Shown piece by piece: positions 57,647 to 64,000 of a stretch of DNA of 64,000 nt. The notes under the pieces were generated by a model. That model ran no database searches and was not told where the DNA came from. It saw only the letters and a program-made list of their open reading frames with translations. Every line of letters starts with the position of its first letter. The stretch's first letter is position 1. Location: IMG/VR virus record IMGVR_UViG_3300044846_003060. One strand, given 5' to 3'. The DNA comes from an uncultured virus (IMG/VR IMGVR_UViG_3300044846_003060). Its lineage: Duplodnaviria > Heunggongvirae > Uroviricota > Caudoviricetes. A program made the position numbers and the translations under genes.

Positions 57647-57647
57647 A

Positions 57648-58331
57648 TTACCAAGTTATATGTTTATAGTTTTGTATTTTTATAAATACATTGTCTGAAT
57701 CCCATTTAGAACCATTATAAGCTGCACTTGCTGGATGTTTTACCATAAACTTAGTGTTATTATCATCATCAGTAAGAGAAGACCATTCTTCAGCTTTCTT
57801 ACCCATATAAACATAAACAAGTCCTGGATTATAATTATTTAACCAGTCTAATAAATATGCAGTAAAAGGTTTCCATATATCATAATGACTACCAATTTTA
57901 CCTACTTCAACTGTAAGAGCTGTATTAAACATAAGAACTCCTTGATTTGCCCATCTTTTTAGGTCCACATCTAAAGATCCTGGATGACCTCTGTAAACAG
58001 TTCTGTTTACTTCATCTAATATAAATCTTAAACTGGGTTGTAATTGACCTGTATTACTACAACTAAATGATATACCATCTGCTACACCCAACTGTGGATA
58101 GGGATCTTGACCAATCATAACTACTTGTAGTTTATCATATGGACATTCCTCAAATGCCCTAAATACTTGTTTTAGTGTTGGAGTAAATCTTTTATCCTCT
58201 TGACTTAGTGTATAAAGCCTTGTTAGAATATCATCAAACTCACTACTAAATATAAAAGATTTAAGAACTCTACCCCAACCACTGGGTTCAAGTTTGTCAA
58301 ACATTTTTTGTTTAATTTCTTCTAAATTCAT
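57648..58331 (-). CDS. ung: Uracil-DNA glycosylase (family 1)
   Basis: GQDPYP, GISFS, PSL, WANQGVLMFNTALTV, GSH, HPAS. Confidence 0.92.
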   Translation of the reverse strand: MNLEEIKQKMFDKLEPSGWGRVLKSFIFSSEFDDILTRLYTLSQEDKRFTPTLKQVFRAFEECPYDKLQVVMIGQDPYPQLGVADGISFSCSNTGQLQPSLRFILDEVNRTVYRGHPGSLDVDLKRWANQGVLMFNTALTVEVGKIGSHYDIWKPFTAYLLDWLNNYNPGLVYVYMGKKAEEWSSLTDDDNNTKFMVKHPASAAYNGSKWDSDNVFIKIQNYKHITW

Positions 58332-58340
58332 TTTTTTCTT

Positions 58341-58348
58341 TATTTTTG
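58341..58348 (+). promoter_or_regulatory. Bacteroidota-type -7 promoter element TAnnTTTG
   Basis: TATTTTTG 15 nt before the ATG of the lone + strand gene; no well-spaced -33 TTTG seen. Confidence 0.35.
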
Positions 58349-58363
58349 TTTAAAAATTATAGT

Positions 58364-58678
58364 ATGCCGGTTAAAATAATGGAAATTAAAGATGATGCTC
58401 TTGTAGAGATCCAAGTTAACAAGAACTATTATGCAATGTGTAAAGCCTCTCTAGCATATTTGTTCAAAGAGAATATGGACAAAGGTAAAGATGCTGAAAA
58501 TCTAGAAGAATTAAAAGACAAAACATATCATGAAATGTCTGATTTTCAAAGATTATTTTACACTCTATCATTATTAGTTGCTGAAATTGAAAGATCATCT
58601 AAACTACAAGGAAAAGTAGAAGAAAAAGAAATATTAGCTCCTGGAGATGAAGGTTATGAATCTCCTATCCAAGATTAA
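58364..58678 (+). CDS. Hypothetical protein, lone + strand gene in the - strand block
   Basis: Fills the gap between ung and the next gene; start taken at MPVKI. Confidence 0.6.
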   Translation: MPVKIMEIKDDALVEIQVNKNYYAMCKASLAYLFKENMDKGKDAENLEELKDKTYHEMSDFQRLFYTLSLLVAEIERSSKLQGKVEEKEILAPGDEGYESPIQD

Positions 58679-59042
58679 TATTAAATTGTTCTTTACCTAT
58701 CTGTATACAAGCTTCAATAGCTAACATTAATTCATCTTTACTGCAATCAGCAAAAGATTTGTAAGTTATCATTAAACCTTCTTTATAGGCTAAACCTGAT
58801 TGATCTTTTACAAGACATTTCATCTCATCAAAGGTGTAACCAGATTCTTTGGCTAGTTCTCTTATACAAGCATGTACTTTTGCAAGTTGTGCTTTACTGT
58901 GGTCTAAGCCTACCACATCAATATACATGTCTACTATTTGTCCTTCAGGAATTTTTTCAATAAAAATATCATATGCTGTTTTATCTTTAGAATTTCCGTA
59001 GACAAGTTTACCATTTTTCTTTATGAATTTACCACTAAACAT
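58665..59042 (-). CDS. Hypothetical protein, NinB-like
   Basis: SKAQLAKVHACIRELAKESGYTFDEMK...SFADCSKDEL resembles the NinB/Orf pattern. Confidence 0.5.
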   Translation of the reverse strand: MFSGKFIKKNGKLVYGNSKDKTAYDIFIEKIPEGQIVDMYIDVVGLDHSKAQLAKVHACIRELAKESGYTFDEMKCLVKDQSGLAYKEGLMITYKSFADCSKDELMLAIEACIQIGKEQFNINLG

Positions 59043-59043
59043 A

Positions 59044-59295
59044 CTAACAAGTTATATTACCCATAATTTCTAAAAACTGCTCATAATGAATTCTTTCTGT
59101 AATATTTAATGCTGGTATATCAAATGATTTTAATGACCATTTATTATCTATAACATCAATATTATCCGTACTATGTAAAAGTACTCCTGAACATAGCTCT
59201 TTATTATAATAGTAATAATCATATCCATTTTGGCTATCAGAATCAAGTATATCTATTTTCTCAAAGCCAAGATCTATTAATTCTTCTTCAGTCAT
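59044..59295 (-). CDS. Hypothetical protein
   Basis: 83 aa; MTEEELIDLGFEK start typical of small phage ORFs. Confidence 0.55.
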   Translation of the reverse strand: MTEEELIDLGFEKIDILDSDSQNGYDYYYYNKELCSGVLLHSTDNIDVIDNKWSLKSFDIPALNITERIHYEQFLEIMGNITC

Positions 59296-59345
59296 CTTAA
59301 TCTAAATTTTTATAAATAATACTAATGATGATTACACACATGCAA

Positions 59346-59441
59346 TCAATCATCCCAGTTATGATACCCTTCATCTCTTAAACTATAAATTATTAAACCT
59401 ACAATTATAACTACTATAATTGCTCCAATTACAAATTCCAT
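59346..59441 (-). CDS. Small single-pass membrane peptide (31 aa), not in the ORF track
   Basis: MEFVIGAIIVVIIVGLIIYSLRDEGYHNWDD; TAATG coupling to the upstream ORF. Confidence 0.5.
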   Translation of the reverse strand: MEFVIGAIIVVIIVGLIIYSLRDEGYHNWDD

Positions 59442-59623
59442 TATTTATCTTTTTTAGGTAAATATTTTTTCTCAAATTTCTTCCAACCTTTTGGATCAAA
59501 CTGTGTGACAAGCAAATCAAGTTTTATTTCTTCTTCATGTTCATCACACATTCCAATCCCTTTAATATCCAAATCAGGACTATACCTTTTGGTAGCAGGA
59601 GCTCCACATTTAATACATTCCAT
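59441..59623 (-). CDS. Small zinc-binding hypothetical protein
   Basis: CIKC...CDEH. Confidence 0.55.
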   Translation of the reverse strand: MECIKCGAPATKRYSPDLDIKGIGMCDEHEEEIKLDLLVTQFDPKGWKKFEKKYLPKKDK

Positions 59624-59850
59624 TAGTAATTAAATTGTAATTCATAATCAGATAAAATCTCTCGAATTTTATCTCTTAAACTTTCATAAGATTCATATAA
59701 CTCAGGAGAAAGTTTCTCATTATACTTGGTTTCATTTCTTAAATGTTGATCAACATCAAACAAAGCCATTTTCCATTTGTGACCATCTAATGCATTTCTT
59801 GCATCATCTGCTTCTTCTACAGAATCAAACTTTAAAATTATTTCTGCCAT
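59623..59850 (-). CDS. Hypothetical protein
   Basis: 75 aa, coupled to neighbours. Confidence 0.55.
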   Translation of the reverse strand: MAEIILKFDSVEEADDARNALDGHKWKMALFDVDQHLRNETKYNEKLSPELYESYESLRDKIREILSDYELQFNY

Positions 59851-60245
59851 TGCCCAATAAATGTTTCAGTGTTAATAATATCTCTAATATAGTCAATTTC
59901 ACTATATTTTTCATTATCAAGAGTCCATAGTCCCATTTCTTTTATTCTTTTGTCTCTTAAAGTAATTATAGAATATCCAGTAAGATAAGAATTATCTTCA
60001 TCATTACTGCTTAGCATTCCAATAAGATTTTCTTTTTCTATTTGAGTAATATATCCGGTTTTTACCAATAAATTTACTTCAGATAAAAAGATAAACGGCC
60101 TAAATTCTCCTTTCTTTGTACCATGTGTGTACATATACCACAGATACCCCATATTACTGTCTTCTACTTTACATACCATATGATGTTCATGGCATATATT
60201 TTCAATCAAACTTGTGATCTTCTTGTCTCTAAACACTTTTATCAT
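59838..60245 (-). CDS. Hypothetical protein
   Basis: 135 aa; contains LIGMLSSNDEDNSYL motif. Confidence 0.55.
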   Translation of the reverse strand: MIKVFRDKKITSLIENICHEHHMVCKVEDSNMGYLWYMYTHGTKKGEFRPFIFLSEVNLLVKTGYITQIEKENLIGMLSSNDEDNSYLTGYSIITLRDKRIKEMGLWTLDNEKYSEIDYIRDIINTETFIGQWQK

Positions 60246-60523
60246 GATACTAAAAATTTAAATATTGCTTTTAGTTTATTGTGTTCATCTATCAACCATT
60301 CTGGAGTAAATACTTCAGTATGCTCTACAAAGTTAACTCTAGTATGATACTCAAGATCATGTGTAAAGTTTACTACCCAGATATAACTGATGTAGAGTTT
60401 AAATTCAAGACTCACATTTACTTCCTTTGAAATAAATGTATAAACATGATGATTAACCTTAGATCTATGAAATCCATACTTTACAAGCTTTTTACCTATT
60501 AATTCTGTTTCTCTAAGTGTCAT
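60242..60523 (-). CDS. Hypothetical protein
   Basis: 93 aa; starts 1 nt after the last 21-bp repeat copy. Confidence 0.5.
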   Translation of the reverse strand: MTLRETELIGKKLVKYGFHRSKVNHHVYTFISKEVNVSLEFKLYISYIWVVNFTHDLEYHTRVNFVEHTEVFTPEWLIDEHNKLKAIFKFLVS

Positions 60524-60528
60524 ACATT

Positions 60529-60723
60529 CTATTCTGATTTAAAGGGTGAAATTCCTAATTCTATTTTTCCTTTGTGTTTTGACTTTTCTCCTGTAAAATG
60601 TACTGAAGAAACAGTTCCCCATACTTTTTTGCCGTTTCTTATAAAATACATTTTTGCACCTAAGTCTGGTTGTCCTAACTTGTTGTAAGTTTCGGAGTCA
60701 AAATATCTTTTTGCCATTGCCAT
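60529..60723 (-). CDS. Repeat-flanked hypothetical protein (64 aa)
   Basis: ATG supplied by one repeat; FKSE-stop supplied by the next. Confidence 0.6.
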   Translation of the reverse strand: MAMAKRYFDSETYNKLGQPDLGAKMYFIRNGKKVWGTVSSVHFTGEKSKHKGKIELGISPFKSE

Positions 60724-60741
60724 TCTATTCTGATTTAAAGG

Positions 60742-61002
60742 TTAATTTTTTCTACTCTTTCTTGCTTTAGCCATAACTTCATCAGGATGGAAAAAGTAAT
60801 CTAAGAAACATTTTTTAGAACAAAAATGCTTTAGTCTTGATACAGATGTCATAAGTTTAACTGAAGTATCAGTGTCTTGATTATTATTATAATAATTCAA
60901 GTCCATTGTTATCCAATTATCTGGTACATCATTCTCATTTCTCAAGCACTTTGTTTGTTTTTCATTAAGTATACTACACTGATTACATTTGTAAACTATC
61001 AT
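60742..61002 (-). CDS. Repeat-flanked zinc-binding protein (CxxC...FCSxxC)
   Basis: CNQC...HFCSKKC; ATG from the repeat; TAA abuts the next repeat. Confidence 0.6.
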   Translation of the reverse strand: MIVYKCNQCSILNEKQTKCLRNENDVPDNWITMDLNYYNNNQDTDTSVKLMTSVSRLKHFCSKKCFLDYFFHPDEVMAKARKSRKN

Positions 61003-61003
61003 T

Positions 61004-61213
61004 CTATTCTGATTTAAAGGTTTCTAATCTGTTTACTATTTTTTCAACAACTTTTTTATCCATTCCAATATATCTAAATGTAATATCTACATCTTGAACA
61101 TCATTTAAAAAGTCCTTTTGTTGTTGTTCTGTCATTCTAAAAAACATCCATCCATTTTCTTTGTTTCTAATGACCATCCAAAGCATTTTAATAAATAAAA
61201 ATTTCTGTTTCAT
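61004..61213 (-). CDS. Repeat-flanked hypothetical protein (69 aa)
   Basis: ATG from one repeat; FKSE-stop from the next. Confidence 0.6.
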   Translation of the reverse strand: MKQKFLFIKMLWMVIRNKENGWMFFRMTEQQQKDFLNDVQDVDITFRYIGMDKKVVEKIVNRLETFKSE

Positions 61214-61231
61214 TCTATTCTGATTTAAAGG

Positions 61232-62098
61232 TTAAAAAATATAACGGATTGTATTCCAAGGTATTATCTCATCATGCATTTTAACAAACTGTTTGATATA
61301 ATCAGCTTTTCTATTGTGCTCATACCTAAGATTCTTTCCACCATACTGTGATACTTTTCCTTCCTGTATTTTAGGTACCCATAATAGTTCTTCTCCTGGA
61401 AGTTTATTAGCTAGATTATACTTATGTTTCTCTTCATTATGAGTTAAGAAAATTACTTCAGCTTTTACATTATCAGTATTCCATTTATTAAAAGTAGAAT
61501 GTCTGTTGATTATATAAAACAAAAACTCATACTCTACAAGCCAATTATCATGAACTATTACTGGACTAAAATTTAAGTGAACTTCATATCCTGCTCTTAA
61601 AAACAAGTATACAGCATTTAATCTTTCATCAAGAGAACTTGTATTAGGTTCAAGAACTTTTCTCCATATCTCAGGCATAAGACTAAATCTTACTCTAATC
61701 TTACCTTCTGGATTAAACTTCAATAAATCATGATTTACATACTTTGTAGCAAATGAACCCATAGCAAGTGGATGATCTCTAAAGAAAGCAAATATCTTCT
61801 CCCATTCATGATATTTAGCATGCAGAGCAAAGTCTTCATTACAAGATATATCATAAGTAATATACTCTCCTGTTTGATTAGGTTTTTCTACTGTAGAAAA
61901 ATAAGCATGTGAATTAATCTCTGTCAGGATATCCATAGTATTTGTAGCTACAGATAATCCTTCCGGCTTATGTCTCTTCATATAACAATAAGAACAGTTA
62001 TACAAACAACCATGACCAAAGGAGGGACTGATAAAATCAGTACTCCTCCCACTTGGTCTAATTATCATAGATTTTCTGGTAACTTTCTCAACTATCAT
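61232..62098 (-). CDS. Spore photoproduct lyase-like radical SAM protein
   Basis: GCLYNCSYCY (CxxxCxxC), SCNED, FATK, RVRFSLMP, GYEVHLNFSPVI; start reassigned to MIVEKV. Confidence 0.8.
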   Translation of the reverse strand: MIVEKVTRKSMIIRPSGRSTDFISPSFGHGCLYNCSYCYMKRHKPEGLSVATNTMDILTEINSHAYFSTVEKPNQTGEYITYDISCNEDFALHAKYHEWEKIFAFFRDHPLAMGSFATKYVNHDLLKFNPEGKIRVRFSLMPEIWRKVLEPNTSSLDERLNAVYLFLRAGYEVHLNFSPVIVHDNWLVEYEFLFYIINRHSTFNKWNTDNVKAEVIFLTHNEEKHKYNLANKLPGEELLWVPKIQEGKVSQYGGKNLRYEHNRKADYIKQFVKMHDEIIPWNTIRYIF

Positions 62099-62099
62099 T

Positions 62100-62501
62100 T
62101 TAAATATATGAATAGATGACATATAAAATTTCAGGATGAAAATGTGCAAAAAATAAAAATGCAATAGTTGCCATTGATAATGCTGAATCTAATCTTTTAA
62201 ACTGTACCATTGTCTCCCAATATTTTCTTCTTTTTAGATACCTATTTATTGGACTTTGTATGATGGATAAAAGAAATATAATTAAATAAACATACCATAA
62301 TTCACTAATAGCCATTCCTAATATTAGGAATATTACATAAATTAATGAGAAACAGCCTAATCCAAATTTAATTGTTTTGTCATCTTCTTCACTGTGTTTT
62401 GTTTTGTAAAGAACTCTTACATAACCTCTAGCTTTAATAAATATAACTAGTTCATAACAAAATGCTGTGCCCAACATAAGGGCTAAAATTACGTCTTTCA
62501 T
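62100..62501 (-). CDS. Multi-pass membrane protein
   Basis: About four hydrophobic segments. Confidence 0.55.
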   Translation of the reverse strand: MKDVILALMLGTAFCYELVIFIKARGYVRVLYKTKHSEEDDKTIKFGLGCFSLIYVIFLILGMAISELWYVYLIIFLLSIIQSPINRYLKRRKYWETMVQFKRLDSALSMATIAFLFFAHFHPEILYVIYSYI

Positions 62502-62695
62502 GATTTTTTGTTTTTTTGTTCTAAGTAATCAATAATAAAACCAATAGCAACTAGTATATTCATACCACAGGATGCTATTATTTCATGAATGTCCTCATAT
62601 ACTGAAGACATTAAATGTACATGACCCACCATCCAGAATGGTACAGATAAGTTTTGACTTATCCATACCACTAAATATTTTAGAAAGTGTTTCAT
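62498..62695 (-). CDS. Small membrane protein
   Basis: 65 aa, hydrophobic; ATGA overlap. Confidence 0.55.
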   Translation of the reverse strand: MKHFLKYLVVWISQNLSVPFWMVGHVHLMSSVYEDIHEIIASCGMNILVAIGFIIDYLEQKNKKS

Positions 62696-62711
62696 TTAAT
62701 CACCTTCTTCA

Positions 62712-62969
62712 TTATTCAATCTCTTTTTCTTGTCTGGCTTCTCCGTAGTGGGATGAGAATTTTTTCTTAGACTGTTCCACCTTACTAATCTCTCCTGAAT
62801 TTTCTGATTCAACACTGATTGCTCTAATTTCCTTTTGTTTTCTTTCATACTCTTTCCATTCATAGATTTCTAATTCTTTCATTCTAGCAACATCTGCTAT
62901 AGTCATGCCTTCAGGTATACCACCATTGGCTTCAATAATTTCTATACAAACTTCTTTCATTCTTCCCAT
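62712..62969 (-). CDS. Hypothetical protein
   Basis: 85 aa. Confidence 0.5.
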   Translation of the reverse strand: MGRMKEVCIEIIEANGGIPEGMTIADVARMKELEIYEWKEYERKQKEIRAISVESENSGEISKVEQSKKKFSSHYGEARQEKEIE

Positions 62970-63394
62970 AACTTCAAACTTTTTTCTAAAAATAATTTGA
63001 TTGTAACTCTAACATCTTTATGCCCTAAAATAGATCCTGCTGCTTTTAGTTTATTATATGTTCTTGTTGACATATCCAATTGAACTCTCTTAAGTCTATT
63101 TGAAATAGATTTAGGTTCAAAAACATCAAAATCATAAGGGAACATCTGAGCATACACATAAACATTTTGTTTGTATGCCTTATCAGTGTGATATTGTAAT
63201 GCTAACTTTTTGTTATAATTAATTCTATCCCTTTTAATTTTTATTGTTGCAGCAATACCATGTTCTGTCATCATAAATTTATAAGCCAGAACAGCAATGA
63301 GATAACTTCTTTGATCAACAAGAATTCTTTTTCTACTTTTACTAATTAAAGGCATAAGAGCTTTTAGCACATCCTCTTTAGTGTAATCTTCCAT
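62957..63394 (-). CDS. Putative DNA-binding protein (DnaA C-terminal HTH-like)
   Basis: KSRKRILVDQRSYL...TEHGIAATI resembles the DnaA domain IV pattern. Confidence 0.45.
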   Translation of the reverse strand: MEDYTKEDVLKALMPLISKSRKRILVDQRSYLIAVLAYKFMMTEHGIAATIKIKRDRINYNKKLALQYHTDKAYKQNVYVYAQMFPYDFDVFEPKSISNRLKRVQLDMSTRTYNKLKAAGSILGHKDVRVTIKLFLEKSLKLWEE

Positions 63395-63397
63395 AAA

Positions 63398-63565
63398 TTA
63401 AATAAAAAAAGGAAAGAGTAATCCTTTAAATTCTGCTACAAAGGGTCCTATAAATATTGTACTTATAAACCCATGACTTTGAGACCATAAGTACCAAAAC
63501 CATAACATACAAATATGGGCTATAATCATATATAGCCATATTAAAATTGGTACTATATCTTTCAT
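63398..63565 (-). CDS. Small membrane protein (55 aa), not in the ORF track
   Basis: MKDIVPILIWLYMIIAHICMLWFWYLW...FPFFI; ATGA overlap with the upstream ORF. Confidence 0.5.
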   Translation of the reverse strand: MKDIVPILIWLYMIIAHICMLWFWYLWSQSHGFISTIFIGPFVAEFKGLLFPFFI

Positions 63566-63837
63566 ATGTTTATTAAATCTGCTTCATCAGCATAAACCAT
63601 TTGCTCACCCTTCATTTCTACTATGCCTTTAACAATAGCAAATCTTTCTGCAGCATATGATTCATATGGAAAAGATTTAGATGAAAGTTGTAGCTCTTCT
63701 AATAAATAACCATATTTACCTGGCTGTAATCCAAGAGGTATAACCTCTTTTACATTATAAATTTGGCCTTCTTTTACCCATTCTTCAATAGATACTTTGT
63801 TAGGTTTATTCTTGTCGTTTATACAAATTACCTTCAT
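63562..63837 (-). CDS. Hypothetical protein
   Basis: 91 aa; MKVICINDK...YAAERF. Confidence 0.55.
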   Translation of the reverse strand: MKVICINDKNKPNKVSIEEWVKEGQIYNVKEVIPLGLQPGKYGYLLEELQLSSKSFPYESYAAERFAIVKGIVEMKGEQMVYADEADLINI

Positions 63838-64000
63838 ATTCTACAATATCTGTTTTAATATCTAATTCTTCTAGGTTGTTTTTAATTTCAAACATTTCCA
63901 AGAAGTCTCCAGATTTAATATCACAATAACCTTTATCATGAGCTATTAAAGCACATTGTTCAGCCTGAAGTGGTTCATGCCTACAATATCTTATTAGACT
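63806..64000 (-). CDS. clpS: ClpS-like Clp protease adaptor, 5'-truncated by the window edge
   Basis: Manual translation SLIRYCRHEPLQAEQCALIAHDKGYCDIKSG matches the Bacteroidota ClpS pattern (C.H...QAEQC....H.KG.C..K.G). Confidence 0.75.
   Translation of the reverse strand, partial: SLIRYCRHEPLQAEQCALIAHDKGYCDIKSGDFLEMFEIKNNLEELDIKTDIVEYEGNLYKRQE

Larger units (their letters stand above)
60525..61231 (-). repeat. Four exact 21-bp direct repeats CCTTTAAATCAGAATAGAATG (minus strand) at gene junctions
   Basis: Copies at 60525-60545, 60721-60741, 61000-61020 and 61211-61231, separated by 175, 258 and 190 bp. Confidence 0.95.

Noticed and set aside
41443..60347. Short + strand ORFs nested in the - strand genes (all except 58364-58678)
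   Set aside because: Antisense to well-supported genes, with no recognisable motifs
60525..61231. CRISPR array interpretation of the 21-bp repeats
   Set aside because: Intervals are 175-258 bp, unequal, and each is a complete ORF; no cas genes are visible
63423..63433. Partial match (CCTTTAAAT) to the 21-bp repeat
   Set aside because: Only 9 bp, opposite orientation and inside an ORF; expected by chance in AT-rich DNA
1..64000. Stop-codon reassignment, as found in some crAss-like phages
   Set aside because: Code 11 gives uninterrupted multi-kb ORFs and tight packing; TAG and TGA both end genes at sensible junctions
1..64000. tRNA, rRNA, introns or inteins
   Set aside because: Intergenic gaps are short, no cloverleaf was seen, and polB, helicase and RNAP motifs are contiguous with no intein-like ends; not checked with software

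Overview
AT-rich segment of a large dsDNA phage genome, most consistent with a crAss-like (Crassvirales-related) podophage of a Bacteroidota host; the standard genetic code appears to be used. Bases 1-40678 are a + strand block of very large putative virion cargo/ejection proteins. Its centre is a 4739-aa polyvalent protein with a two-barrel RNA polymerase core (RIP and GGDYDVDK motifs) fused to zincin, SLOG/DprA-like, SF1 helicase, AlkB-type dioxygenase and ASCH domains. From about 40700 to 64000 a - strand block encodes replication, recombination and repair functions (PolB, primase, DnaB-like helicase, PD-(D/E)XK nuclease, AAA ATPase, UDG, MazG-like, spore-photoproduct-lyase-like), a MoxR/vWA module, many small ORFs and a partial ClpS. 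The two most unusual signals are (1) the only cysteines in three consecutive giant proteins (~9100 aa) sit at the termini facing each gene junction, suggesting head-to-tail covalent chaining, and (2) four exact 21-bp repeats at gene boundaries that delimit single-gene cassettes at 60525-61231. All calls come from motif recognition by eye; no database searches were run.
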